Part shown: positions 10,928 to 20,327 of the stretch, in pieces
Layout: every line of letters begins with the position of its first letter
How positions within the stretch are numbered: position 1 is the stretch's first letter
Assembly (NCBI GenBank): GCA_046262495.1
Contig: JBHEMR010000192.1
Location: forward strand, 2,678 to 66,677
Source of the DNA: Pseudonocardiaceae bacterium
Lineage (GTDB): Bacteria; Actinomycetota; Actinomycetes; Mycobacteriales; Pseudonocardiaceae
Direction of reading: 5' to 3'
Length of the DNA stretch: 64,000 nucleotides
Made by a program: the position numbers and the translations under genes
Notes under the pieces: generated by a model
Databases searched by the model: none
What the model was told of the DNA's origin: nothing
Seen by the model: the letters and a program-made list of their open reading frames with translations, nothing else

Positions 10928-11503
10928 GTGCGGGTGCTGGGTGTGGATCCGGGGCTTACTCGCTGCGGGCTTGGGGTGGTTGACGGTGGTGTCGGACGGG
11001 CGGTGAGCTGCGTGGCCGTCGACGTCGTGCGTACCTCACCGGAGATGGATCTCAGCGCGCGGTTGCTCGCGGTGGCCGATGTCGTGGAGCGCTGGCTGAC
11101 TGAGTACCGTCCGGACGTCGTCGCGGTGGAGCGGGTGTTCAGCCAGCACAACGTGCGCACCGCGATGGGCACCGCGCAAGTCGGCGGAGTGGTGGCGTTG
11201 GTCTCAGCTCGCCGGGGGCTGACGGTCGCCTTCCACACCCCCAGCGAGGTCAAAGCCGCCGTCACAGGGTCTGGTCGGGCCGGTAAGGAACAGGTCACCA
11301 CCATGATCACCCGCTTGCTTGAACTGTCGGCCAAGCCGCGCCCGGCAGACGCCGCGGATGCCCTGGCGCTGGCGGTCTGCCACCTATGGCGGGCGCCGAT
11401 GACACAACGGCTCGCGCAGGCGCGAGCCGAGTCGGCGCGGCTGGCCCAGGCCCACCGAGCGAAGCTAGCCGCCGCGGCCCGCCAGGCGGGAGCGGCGCGG
11501 TGA
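10928..11503 (+). CDS. ruvC: crossover junction endodeoxyribonuclease RuvC
   Basis: [14 protein letters not shown] start with a GGAG-rich SD upstream; ruvCAB order. Confidence 0.9.
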   Translation: MRVLGVDPGLTRCGLGVVDGGVGRAVSCVAVDVVRTSPEMDLSARLLAVADVVERWLTEYRPDVVAVERVFSQHNVRTAMGTAQVGGVVALVSARRGLTVAFHTPSEVKAAVTGSGRAGKEQVTTMITRLLELSAKPRPADAADALALAVCHLWRAPMTQRLAQARAESARLAQAHRAKLAAAARQAGAAR

Positions 11504-12105
11504 TCTCCTCCGTGCGCGGGCAGGTGCTCTCGGTCGAGTTGGACCACGCCGTGGTCGAGGTTGGCGGCGGTGTGGGCCTGGCGGTGCATGCGGTTCCCGC
11601 CACCCTGGCCACCCTCCGCCGCGGCGAACAGACCCAGCTTGCCACGTCGCTGGTGGTACGCGAGGACTCACTGACGTTGTATGGCTTCGCCGATGCGGCG
11701 GCCCGGGAACTGTTCGTGCTGTTGCAGACCGTCTCCGGGGTGGGACCACGGCTGGCGCTGGCGATGCTCGCCGTTCTCGAGCCGGACACGCTGCGCACGG
11801 CGCTCGCGGAGGGCGATCTCGCTGTCCTCACCCGGGTGCCGGGTATCGGGCGCAAAGGTGCAGAGCGGCTGGTCGTGGAGCTGCGAGACAGGGTGGGCGT
11901 GCTCGCACCCGCTGCATCCGGGTCCGCGTCCCGCGGCGGGGGCGCGGTGCGGACCCAGGTGACGGAGGCGCTGGTCGGGCTCGGGTTCGCGGCCCGGCAG
12001 GCTGAGCTGGCGGTGGATGCGGTGCTGGCCGAAGTCGACGCCAAGCCCGCGGACACCTCCGAGGTGCTGCGCAGCGTCCTCACCCGGCTGGGACGAAACC
12101 GGTGA
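11500..12105 (+). CDS. ruvA: Holliday junction branch migration complex subunit RuvA
   Basis: VISSVRGQV... start overlaps the ruvC stop (GTGA); HhH motif [15 protein letters not shown]. Confidence 0.9.
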   Translation: MISSVRGQVLSVELDHAVVEVGGGVGLAVHAVPATLATLRRGEQTQLATSLVVREDSLTLYGFADAAARELFVLLQTVSGVGPRLALAMLAVLEPDTLRTALAEGDLAVLTRVPGIGRKGAERLVVELRDRVGVLAPAASGSASRGGGAVRTQVTEALVGLGFAARQAELAVDAVLAEVDAKPADTSEVLRSVLTRLGRNR

Positions 12106-13142
12106 CCGCTCCGCGGCCGGTGTCGGCGATGGCGGACCCCGCTGACGTCGAGCTGGAGACCACTCTGCGGCCGCGCCGGCTGCTGGATTTCATCGGGCAG
12201 GCCCGGGTGCGCGAGCAACTGGAGTTAGTGCTCGAGGGCGCGCGGCGGCGTGGCACCGCACCAGACCACGTGCTGCTATCGGGGCCGCCGGGATTGGGCA
12301 AGACGAGCCTCGCGATGATCATCGCCGTGGAGCTGGGCGCGGCGATCCGGGTTACCTCCGGACCGGCGCTGGAGCGCGCCGGGGACCTCGCCGCGATATT
12401 GTCCAACCTCGTCGAGGGCGACGTGCTGTTCATCGACGAGATTCATCGGGTGGCTCGACCTGCCGAGGAGATGCTCTACCTCGCGATGGAGGACTTCCGG
12501 GTCGACGTGATGGTCGGTAAGGGACCTGGGGCCACCTCCATCCCGCTGGAGATTGCACCGTTCACCCTAGTCGGCGCCACCACCCGATCCGGTGCACTGA
12601 CCAGCCCACTGCGGGACCGCTTCGGTTTCACCGCACATATGGAGTTCTACGAGCCGCACGACCTTGAGCTGGTCTTGCGCCGCTCGGCCGGAATCCTCGG
12701 CGTGGATCTGCGCCCCGATGGCGGTACTGAGATCGCCGGGCGTTCCCGGGGGACGCCTCGGATCGCCAATCGTCTGTTGCGTCGAGTTCGGGACTACGCG
12801 GAGGTTCGAGCTGATGGTGCGATAACCCTCGAGGTGGCTCGCGCTGGGCTGGCCGTCTACGACGTCGACCAGCTCGGGCTGGACCGGCTGGACCGCGCCG
12901 TGCTCACAGCGTTGGTGCGCACTTTCGGTGGTGGACCGGTCGGGGTTTCGACCATCGCCGTCGCAGTCGGTGAGGAGCCGGCGACCGTCGAGGAGGTTTG
13001 CGAGCCTTTCCTGGTCCGGGCTGGCATGCTCGCCCGCACTCCACGGGGCCGGGTGGCCACCGCAGCCGCGTGGCGGCACTTACAGCTGGATCCACCCGCC
13101 GATGCTCTCGCAGAGCCCACACCGACGTTGTTCGACGAGTGA
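12102..13142 (+). CDS. ruvB: Holliday junction DNA helicase RuvB
   Basis: Walker [10 protein letters not shown], Walker B LFIDEIHR, sensor motifs; GTGA overlap with ruvA. Confidence 0.95.
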   Translation: MTAPRPVSAMADPADVELETTLRPRRLLDFIGQARVREQLELVLEGARRRGTAPDHVLLSGPPGLGKTSLAMIIAVELGAAIRVTSGPALERAGDLAAILSNLVEGDVLFIDEIHRVARPAEEMLYLAMEDFRVDVMVGKGPGATSIPLEIAPFTLVGATTRSGALTSPLRDRFGFTAHMEFYEPHDLELVLRRSAGILGVDLRPDGGTEIAGRSRGTPRIANRLLRRVRDYAEVRADGAITLEVARAGLAVYDVDQLGLDRLDRAVLTALVRTFGGGPVGVSTIAVAVGEEPATVEEVCEPFLVRAGMLARTPRGRVATAAAWRHLQLDPPADALAEPTPTLFDE

Positions 13143-13145
13143 GTG

Positions 13146-13706
13146 TTAGAGGCCGCCCAGCCATAACCCGACGCCGACGATGAGAACGCCGCCGAAAACG
13201 ACTTGGATGAGGGAACAGCGAAGCGAGACTTCGAGGTAGCGCTTGCGGATGAGCGCGATCACACCAAGCTCGATAGCGACGACGACGGCCGCGCACACCA
13301 GAGCGGTCGTCCGGTCGGAAATCAGAAACGGTAAGGCGTGAAAAACCCCGCCCACGGTGGTCATCACACCGGTAATCGCGCCTCGGGTGGTGGATGAGCC
13401 TCGACCGGTCTGACCGCCGTCATCGGAGAGCGCTTCGGACAGACCCATGCTGATGCCAGCTCCGAGCGCGGTGGCCAGCCCGACCAGCAGGGCAGCGTGT
13501 GAACTCGACAGCAAGGCCACTGCGAAGATAGGCGCCAACGTCGACAGCGTTCCGTCGATGAGTCCTACCAGGCCTGGCTGAACATACTGGAGCACGAAGG
13601 CTTGCTCATCGGTTTCGATGCGGCGCAACAGCCTGTCGGCGACGCCCGAGGCCCGCTGGACCGCTGAGCTCGCCTGGGGCATCGAGGGGACCATGGAGCG
13701 GGCCAT
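13146..13706 (-). CDS. short VIT1/CCC1-family (Fe/Mn) transporter
   Basis: VIT signatures GLIDGTLSTL and GAGISMGLSEA plus C-terminal TM helices. The upstream part of the 234-aa ORF uses rare codons (aga, agg, ata, tca), so ATG 13706 is preferred; alternative starts lie up to about 13784. Confidence 0.65.
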   Translation of the reverse strand: MARSMVPSMPQASSAVQRASGVADRLLRRIETDEQAFVLQYVQPGLVGLIDGTLSTLAPIFAVALLSSSHAALLVGLATALGAGISMGLSEALSDDGGQTGRGSSTTRGAITGVMTTVGGVFHALPFLISDRTTALVCAAVVVAIELGVIALIRKRYLEVSLRCSLIQVVFGGVLIVGVGLWLGGL

Positions 13707-13851
13707 CGTCGCTGTTGGCGCCCCTGCGAACCCGAACGTTGCACTAGCGGCAGCGCCATTGGATATCAGGGTATGGGGACCCAACGTGCCAGTGTCCAGG
13801 GCGTGTGCGCTGGGTCTGTATCGAGGCCTTGAGTATCGGTGCGACGGCACG

Positions 13852-13967
13852 CGTCCGTCCTTTCTTGGGCGCCGTGGTACGGGCTAGGCGGATCCACTGT
13901 GACGATTTTCTACGGCGATCCCTCGGAGCAATGTCGTCGGGACTGCTGGCGGAACCCTAGGGAATCG
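13852..13967 (-). promoter_or_regulatory. candidate divergent ykkC-family-like RNA element in the leader of the VIT-family gene
   Basis: The minus strand reads CGAUUCC-CUAGGGUUCCG-(23 nt hairpin)-CCGAG-GGAUCG ... ACGG-CGCCCAAGAAAGGACG-GACG. It shows the 11-nt ykkC 5' signature, a P1 pairing (CGAUUCC/GGGAUCG), ACGG and an A-rich-loop hairpin. The GGGA/CCC identity and the compact P2 are missing. Confidence 0.3.
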
Positions 13968-14222
13968 GTCTGTCTGTCTTGGGAACCTGAGAGACCTGGT
14001 TCGCTCGCAGCGCCCACAGGTCCGCGGCAGGCGACGAGGAACGGGCGCCCTGGACCGAATGGCGGCGCCTACTGCTCCATCCGGCGTAGCGCCGTGTCCA
14101 GGATGCCGGCTGGCGACGAGCCGCGATGAAGGGCCAACACACGGATCCATAGACGCTGCAGACCCGACCAAAGCGTGACCTGGCACACTCGGTAGCGCAA
14201 GGCTGATGGTGATCGGAGAACC

Positions 14223-14549
14223 ATGAACGCCCAGTTCCTCCCGCTGCTGCTCATCGCCGCGCTCGCCGTGCTGCTGATCATGAACACCCGTCGGCAGAAG
14301 CGAGCGATAGCCGACGCGCAGCGGTTACAAAAGTCGCTGGTCAACGGCGATCGGGTGGTGACCACCTCCGGTCTGCACGCAACCGTCGTAGGCAGCGCGG
14401 AAGACACCACGATCGAGTTGGAGATCGCTCCGGGAGTCCGTACCAAGTGGTTGCGCGCCGCCATCCGAGAAAAGATCATTACAGCGGACCCGGGTAGCGC
14501 GCCGCTGGCTGCGCCCGCCGACGGCAGCGCTCGCACCGACGACTCCTGA
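14223..14549 (+). CDS. yajC: preprotein translocase subunit YajC
   Basis: Single N-terminal TM followed by GDRVVTTSGLHATVV, the YajC core; upstream of secDF. Confidence 0.85.
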   Translation: MNAQFLPLLLIAALAVLLIMNTRRQKRAIADAQRLQKSLVNGDRVVTTSGLHATVVGSAEDTTIELEIAPGVRTKWLRAAIREKIITADPGSAPLAAPADGSARTDDS

Positions 14550-14727
14550 CCGACTTGGTGCGGGGCGGTACGCTCCCGCATCCGATCCCAGTGCTCGCGT
14601 CTGATCAGGGCGCTGGAACAGTGAAGACTGTGGCCGGGTCGCCGGTGCTGGCGTCCGGCGCACTGAGCCGTGAACGACGCTGAGATGTAAACGACACTGA
14701 GCCGTTGATTGAGGAGAACCACTCACC

Positions 14728-16476
14728 GTGGCACCACCGGCCGGGCGCTTCCGCCCGTGGCGCAATCTGGCGATCTTCGCTGGGATCGTTGCCGTCCTTT
14801 ACTCGCTGGTCTTCTTCACCGGCGGAGGTGCAACCCCAAAGCTGGGTATCGATCTGCAAGGCGGCACCCGGGTGACGCTGACCGCGCGGACGGTCGATGG
14901 TCGACCACCGTCACGGGAGTCCCTCGACCAAGCCCGACAGATCATTGAGCAACGGGTCAACGGTATCGGCGTGAGCGGCGCCGAGGTGGTGCTCGACGGA
15001 ACGAACTTGATCATCACGGTGCCGGGTGAGAACGGCGATCAGGCACGCACTCTCGGGCAGACCGCCAAGCTGTATTTCCGGACGGTGATCACAGCGGAGC
15101 CAGCCAGGGTGCCCGTGCCGGTTCCAGGCGATCAGCACCCGGGCACCAGCGCGCCGGCGGCACCCCCAGCGTCAGAGCAACGACCGGCTGCCAGCACCGA
15201 ATCGACACCGACGCCGCCCCAGCCCGTTGTGCCGCAGCTGCTGCAGCCGCCGCCGTCGGGGGAGCCGACGCCCACTCCCACACCGCCGCCCTCGGCTGCG
15301 ACGCCGGCGCCTCCCACCAGCGCACCGCCGTCGGTCGGGACGGCCCCGGCGGACTCCGCCGACCCACAGGCGGCCGAGCAGATCCGGCAGGCCCGAGCGC
15401 GGCTGCAGAGCCAGGACCCGGCGGTGCAACAACAGGCACTGACCGCGCTGAACTGTGCTGCTTCCAACCCCTTACGTGGCAACGATGACCCGAACCTGCC
15501 GCTGGTCACCTGCGATCAGCGCCACACTGTCAAGTACCTGCTAGGGCCCGCGTTCCTGTCCGGGGAGCAAGTCTCCACTGCCTCGTCCGGGCCGAATCAG
15601 GACGGCACAGGCTACGAGGTATGGCTGAGATTCAAACACCAGGGCGAGGACATCTGGGCGCAGTACACCGCGAACAACGTGGGCAAGCAGGCGGCATTTG
15701 CGCTGGACGGTGAGGTGGTGTCGGCGCCGGTGATCAATGTCGCGATTCTTCCCGGTCAAGCGACCAGCATTGTCGGCAGCTTTACCCAGGCTGAAGCGCA
15801 GAACCTGGCCAACGTGCTCAAGTACGGTTCCCTGCCGCTGTCCTTCCAGCCGTCGGAGTCCGAGACGGTCTCGGCCACCTTAGGCTTGGCGTCGCTGCGC
15901 GCGGGATTGCTCGCTGGGGCGCTCGGGCTGGCTGTGGTGTTCGTCTACTGCCTGTTCTACTACCGGGTGCTCGGGGTACTGACGATCATGTCCCTGGCGT
16001 TGTCCGGGTTGATCGTCTATGCCGTTCTGGTGTTGCTTGGGCGGTGGATCGGCTTCACCCTGGACCTAGCCGGTGTCGCCGGCTTCATCGTGGCAATCGG
16101 CATCACCGCGGACTCATTTGTGATCTTCTTTGAGCGTCTTAAGGATGAGGTGCGCGACGGCCGGACATTCCGCTCCGCGGTGCCCCGGGCCTGGGTCCGG
16201 GCCCGGCGTACCATCCTGTCCGCGGACGCCGTGAGCTTCCTGGCTGCCGCGGTGCTCTACGTTCTGGCGGTAGGGCAGGTGAAGGGTTTCGCCTTCACTC
16301 TCGGGATGTCGACGGTGCTCGACCTGGTAGTGGTTTTCCTGGCCACCCATCCGTTGGTGGCGATGGCGTCGCAGTCCCCGCTGTTGTCCCGACCGGAACT
16401 GTCCGGGCTCGGAGCCGCGCAGCGCGCTGGAGCCGAAAGCCGATCGGACCTGGCCACGGCGGGAAAGGGGGCCTGA
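14728..16476 (+). CDS. secD: protein translocase subunit SecD (with an actinobacterial Pro/Thr-rich periplasmic insert)
   Basis: LGIDLQGGT motif and C-terminal six-TM RND-like region; Pro-rich low-complexity stretch at about 15100-15400. Confidence 0.95.
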   Translation: MAPPAGRFRPWRNLAIFAGIVAVLYSLVFFTGGGATPKLGIDLQGGTRVTLTARTVDGRPPSRESLDQARQIIEQRVNGIGVSGAEVVLDGTNLIITVPGENGDQARTLGQTAKLYFRTVITAEPARVPVPVPGDQHPGTSAPAAPPASEQRPAASTESTPTPPQPVVPQLLQPPPSGEPTPTPTPPPSAATPAPPTSAPPSVGTAPADSADPQAAEQIRQARARLQSQDPAVQQQALTALNCAASNPLRGNDDPNLPLVTCDQRHTVKYLLGPAFLSGEQVSTASSGPNQDGTGYEVWLRFKHQGEDIWAQYTANNVGKQAAFALDGEVVSAPVINVAILPGQATSIVGSFTQAEAQNLANVLKYGSLPLSFQPSESETVSATLGLASLRAGLLAGALGLAVVFVYCLFYYRVLGVLTIMSLALSGLIVYAVLVLLGRWIGFTLDLAGVAGFIVAIGITADSFVIFFERLKDEVRDGRTFRSAVPRAWVRARRTILSADAVSFLAAAVLYVLAVGQVKGFAFTLGMSTVLDLVVVFLATHPLVAMASQSPLLSRPELSGLGAAQRAGAESRSDLATAGKGA

Positions 16477-16477
16477 G

Positions 16478-17686
16478 ATGGCAGGTATGCTGGGGCGCCT
16501 CTACAGCGGGACTGGAGCATTGGACGTCGTCGGGCGGCGGCGGATCTGGTACGCGGTATCCGGTCTGCTCGTCGCGATCTGCATCCTGTCGATGCTGCTG
16601 CGCGGGTTCAACCTCGGCATCGACTTCGAGGGCGGTACTCGGGTACAGCTGCCGGCCCAAGGGGTGACCGGCGCGATCAGCACCCAGCAGGTCGAGCGCG
16701 TCTTCACCACCACCGTGGGCAAGCCTCCAGAGTCGGTGCAGACCGTCGGTACCGGTTCCGCAGCGAGCATCCTGATCCGCTCCGCAGCGCTGGACACCCG
16801 CACGTCATTTGTCCTGAAAAGGGCACTGTACGAGCAGCTGCGCCCACTCGGAAAAGACGGGCGGCCCAGCGAAGAGGCGATCAGTGACAGTGCAGTGAGC
16901 GCAACCTGGGGCGGCGAGATCAGCCGTCAGGCGCTGATTGCGCTGGTGGTGTTCCTCGGTCTGGTGACCGTGTTCCTCGCGGTGTATTTCGAACCCCGAA
17001 TGGCGCTTGCAGCGCTGATAGCGCTGGTGCACGACGTGGGGGTGACCGCCGGGATCTACTCACTGGTCGGTTTCGAAGTGACGCCGGCGTCGGTCATCGG
17101 CCTGCTCACTATCCTTGGCTTCTCGCTGTACGACACCGTCGTCGTGTTCGACAAAGTTCAAGAGAATACCCGCGGACTGCTCGGCTTGACTCGACGTACC
17201 TATGCCGAGGCCGCCAATCTCGCGGTTAACCAGACTCTGATGCGTTCGATCAACACGTCCTTGATCGCAGTGCTGCCCGTGCTCAGCTTGCTGGTGGTCG
17301 GCGTCGGCCTGTTAGGTGTGGGGACGCTCAAGGATCTCGCTCTGGTGCAGATGGTGGGCATCACAGCCGGCGCGATGTCCTCGATCTTCCTGGCGACCCC
17401 GTTGGTGGTCGACCTCACGATGGGCAGACCGGCGTACCGGCAGCAAGCTGAACGGGTCGCCGCGCGCCGGGAGAAGCTGGCCCGCAAGGCCGCCACGAAC
17501 CCAGACCGTGAGGGCGCGACCGCGTCGACTGCGGCCGACAGCACCACCTCGACCGGGGACGCGTTGCCGACCGCAGCAGTGCCTACCGCGGTCGGCAAAA
17601 CCGCCCCGGGGGGACGGCGGCGCGGGCAGCCTGGAGCCAAGAACAGCAGACCGTCCGGCAAGGCTGGCAGGTCCTCCGGCCGCTAA
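16478..17686 (+). CDS. secF: protein translocase subunit SecF
   Basis: LGIDFEGGT motif, TM bundle, basic/Ala-rich C-terminal tail. Confidence 0.95.
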   Translation: MAGMLGRLYSGTGALDVVGRRRIWYAVSGLLVAICILSMLLRGFNLGIDFEGGTRVQLPAQGVTGAISTQQVERVFTTTVGKPPESVQTVGTGSAASILIRSAALDTRTSFVLKRALYEQLRPLGKDGRPSEEAISDSAVSATWGGEISRQALIALVVFLGLVTVFLAVYFEPRMALAALIALVHDVGVTAGIYSLVGFEVTPASVIGLLTILGFSLYDTVVVFDKVQENTRGLLGLTRRTYAEAANLAVNQTLMRSINTSLIAVLPVLSLLVVGVGLLGVGTLKDLALVQMVGITAGAMSSIFLATPLVVDLTMGRPAYRQQAERVAARREKLARKAATNPDREGATASTAADSTTSTGDALPTAAVPTAVGKTAPGGRRRGQPGAKNSRPSGKAGRSSGR

Positions 17687-17917
17687 CAGTGGTCAGCGCG
17701 CTCAACTACGCTGCGTGGTCTTCGTTGCGCAAAGTAATCACTGGGTAACGAGCTGGCACCGTTTTTCGACTTTCCATCACCAATGTGGTGCCTTGTCGCC
17801 CTCAGTCCTTGCCTCCGGGCCTCTTTGGGGGAACGCTCTGTAGTCAGGCGCCGGATGTCGCTCCGGGGAGTGAGGGGTACGGGGCGGCACCGTAACGGCG
17901 ACCAGGGAGGATCGGGG

Positions 17918-19657
17918 ATGGCGGGGTGGTCCATTCCGGGTGTGGTGCATCCCCGGGAGATATGTGAGGACGTGGTGGGTCGCCGGGTGGTCGCCCGTCA
18001 CCGGATGACCTGCCGATCGCTCGCGATCACCTATGTGTCTCCGGAACTGCTCGCGGACACTGAGTTCCGAACTCGGTTCGCAGGTGACTTCGCCCGGCTG
18101 GCTCGGGTTCGGGATACTCGAGTGGCCCGCGTCCACCGCTACGTTGAGTGTGATCATGGCGCCGCCGTCATCGGCGATCATGTCGATGGCACTTCGTTGC
18201 GTGCGCTGCTCCTGGCGCATGGTGCGGTTGGCATCGAGGCCGCGCTGGTCGTGTTCAAGGACTCGCTGCTTGCGCTAGCCGCTTGCCATGAGGCAGGTCT
18301 GGCGCACGGCGACGTCAAGCCGGAGGACGTGGTTATCACCTCTACCGGCCGGGTTCGGCTGGTCGATTTCGGACTCTGGACATCCGGCGGTCGGCGGCTG
18401 CTCAGTCGGTCGACGCCCTTTTACCTGGCTCCGGAACAGTGGCGTGAGCGGCTGGCCACGTCGGCCGCGGACGTGTACGCCGCCACGGTCACGTTCTTCG
18501 AGTGCCTGGTCGGCGCGCCGCCCTTCTACGCTGACAGCGCGGCCGGGCTCATGACCAAGCATGAGCGCAGCGCCGCTCCGGTCGACGTAGTCCCCGAACC
18601 GGTGCGAGAGTTGGTGTTGCGTGGTCTCGCCAAGGACTTGTCTGGTCGAGCTGACGCACGGGTCCTGCTCGCTCATATCCGTGACGTGGCAGGCCGTGCA
18701 GTCGGCTCTGATTGGGAGCGGCGCGGACGACGCGAGATGGCAACGCTCCTCGGCAGTCGCTGCGCGCTAGCCGGTGTATCGGCGCTCGGTCGCTGGAGCG
18801 ACCGCGCAGGCTGGGCGCACCGCAAGCCAGTCCGGATGGCCGCGGTGATGGGTGGTGCGTTGGCGTTGGCTGCAGGCTTGTCCAGCCCGCCGTTAGCGGT
18901 CATCTTGCCAGGCATCACCACGTTCGGTCCGGGGAGATCGCCGGTACTGGCATTTCCTGAGCCCGACCAGAACGCTGTCCCGGTGCGTGTAGTAACCAAC
19001 GGTCCACTGGCGGACCGTTTGCCTTCGGCTAAAGCGGTGACCGGCACGCCGGTTGCTAAGGCGCGACCGCCAGCAGCATTGATCCCGGCGCCGAATACTT
19101 ACCCAGTGCCCTATCGGCATCCCATTGCGGATGCGGTGGCTCAAAGTTCCGCGGACTCGGACGGCTCCGCGCAGAGCCGCTCCACACCGAGCCAGTCTGG
19201 ACCCGGCGAGTCGGCATCCACCTCACCGGCGTGCGCCCAGGGACTGGTTGATCAAGCTTCCTGCTCGGCACTGAATCCGGAGCAGTCGACGGCGGATTCG
19301 GCGGGGACGACATGGGATCCGTCGCAGGTGATCCCGGCGGCAGTGTCGACGCCGGTCCAGTTGCCGGTCCAGCTACCGGCGCCGATTCAGGCCCCCAAAT
19401 CGATTCCGATTCAAAAAAAGATTCAAGCTCGCCAGGGCACTCCGGTGACAAAGGACGCTCAATCAAAGACTGATTTCCAGGGCTGGAAAGGGGCGCCGCC
19501 CGGCCAGAGCGCTACCGGTAGAACGGATTACCGGACGAACCAATCGCAGGGAGGCTGGGAGAGGTCGGGAGACTCGGACTCTTCCGGACATGGAAATTCG
19601 GAGCCTTCCGGACATGGAAGCTCGGAGTACTCCGGACAGGGAAACCGGGTGCGGTAA
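17918..19657 (+). CDS. membrane-anchored Ser/Thr protein kinase-like protein (predicted pseudokinase) with a Pro/Ser/Gln-rich extracytoplasmic tail
   Basis: ATG 17918 lies 7 nt after GGGAGGA. Kinase fold markers HGDVKPED, VDFG and LAPEQ are present. There is no Gly-rich loop, the VAIK Lys is replaced (LAITYV) and the catalytic-loop Asn is replaced by Asp. One TM helix (AAVMGGALALAAGL). Confidence 0.75.
   Translation: MAGWSIPGVVHPREICEDVVGRRVVARHRMTCRSLAITYVSPELLADTEFRTRFAGDFARLARVRDTRVARVHRYVECDHGAAVIGDHVDGTSLRALLLAHGAVGIEAALVVFKDSLLALAACHEAGLAHGDVKPEDVVITSTGRVRLVDFGLWTSGGRRLLSRSTPFYLAPEQWRERLATSAADVYAATVTFFECLVGAPPFYADSAAGLMTKHERSAAPVDVVPEPVRELVLRGLAKDLSGRADARVLLAHIRDVAGRAVGSDWERRGRREMATLLGSRCALAGVSALGRWSDRAGWAHRKPVRMAAVMGGALALAAGLSSPPLAVILPGITTFGPGRSPVLAFPEPDQNAVPVRVVTNGPLADRLPSAKAVTGTPVAKARPPAALIPAPNTYPVPYRHPIADAVAQSSADSDGSAQSRSTPSQSGPGESASTSPACAQGLVDQASCSALNPEQSTADSAGTTWDPSQVIPAAVSTPVQLPVQLPAPIQAPKSIPIQKKIQARQGTPVTKDAQSKTDFQGWKGAPPGQSATGRTDYRTNQSQGGWERSGDSDSSGHGNSEPSGHGSSEYSGQGNRVR
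19583..19654 (+). repeat. three tandem 24-nt repeats (SGHG-x-SE-x) at the 3' end of the kinase-like gene
   Basis: TCCGGACATGGAAATTCGGAGCCT / TCCGGACATGGAAGCTCGGAGTAC / TCCGGACAGGGAAACCGGGTGCGG, immediately before the stop codon. Confidence 0.85.
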
Positions 19658-19663
19658 ATATCT

Positions 19664-20206
19664 ATGGTGCGCACCAGGGCGAGCATGGACGACCTGGCTG
19701 CCCTGCTCGTGTCGTTGATTCGCGAAGTCCCGAACTTTCCGCAGCCGGGTGTACTCTTCCGGGACCTCGCACCGGTCTTTGCCCATGCAACTGCGTTCCG
19801 AGCGGTGGTGGACGCGTTGATCGCGCCGGCTCAACAGGTCGACGTGGTGATCGGGGTAGAGGCCCGCGGGTTCTTGCTCGGCGCCGCGGCGGCCTACGCT
19901 CTGGACGCTGGCGTGGTCGGGGTGCGCAAACCCGGCAAATTGCCCGTGGTCTGCGACCGGGAGGGCTACGCCCTTGAGTACGGTGTCGCCTCGCTGGAAC
20001 TGGCCGATGGCGTGCTGCGCCCCGGTCAGCGGGCCCTGGTGGTCGACGACGTACTCGCCACCGGAGGCACCGCGGCCGCGACCTGCGCGTTGGTCGAGCG
20101 CGCCGGGGCGACGGTCACCGGCGTCGCGGTGTTGCTGGAGATTGCTTCGCTGGTTGGCCGTGATCGTCTAGCCGGTCGATGGCTGCACGTGCTGCTGACG
20201 GTCTAA
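19664..20206 (+). CDS. apt: adenine phosphoribosyltransferase
   Basis: FPQPGVLFRD and the PRPP motif VVDDVLATGGT. The start may be ATG 19685. Confidence 0.9.
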   Translation: MVRTRASMDDLAALLVSLIREVPNFPQPGVLFRDLAPVFAHATAFRAVVDALIAPAQQVDVVIGVEARGFLLGAAAAYALDAGVVGVRKPGKLPVVCDREGYALEYGVASLELADGVLRPGQRALVVDDVLATGGTAAATCALVERAGATVTGVAVLLEIASLVGRDRLAGRWLHVLLTV

Positions 20207-20327
20207 CCTGTACCTCTGGAGACCCCGCCGGGACGGCTGGGGTTCGCCGAACGCCCGGCCTGGCGTGGTCCTTGTGGACGTGGCGAGAAAAACGTGGGCG
20301 GTACCCTGAAGAACTGTTTGTCACCAC

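Noticed and set aside
14662-14705. Short repeats (ACTGAGCCGT x2, AACGAC-N-CTGAG x2) upstream of secD
   Set aside because: The repeats are 10-12 nt long, which is chance-level frequency for this window size, and no structure or known motif is attached.
15100-15440. Pro/Thr/Ala-rich low-complexity stretch with many overlapping ORFs on both strands
   Set aside because: It lies inside SecD and is typical of the actinobacterial SecD periplasmic insert. It is not a separate gene or repeat element.
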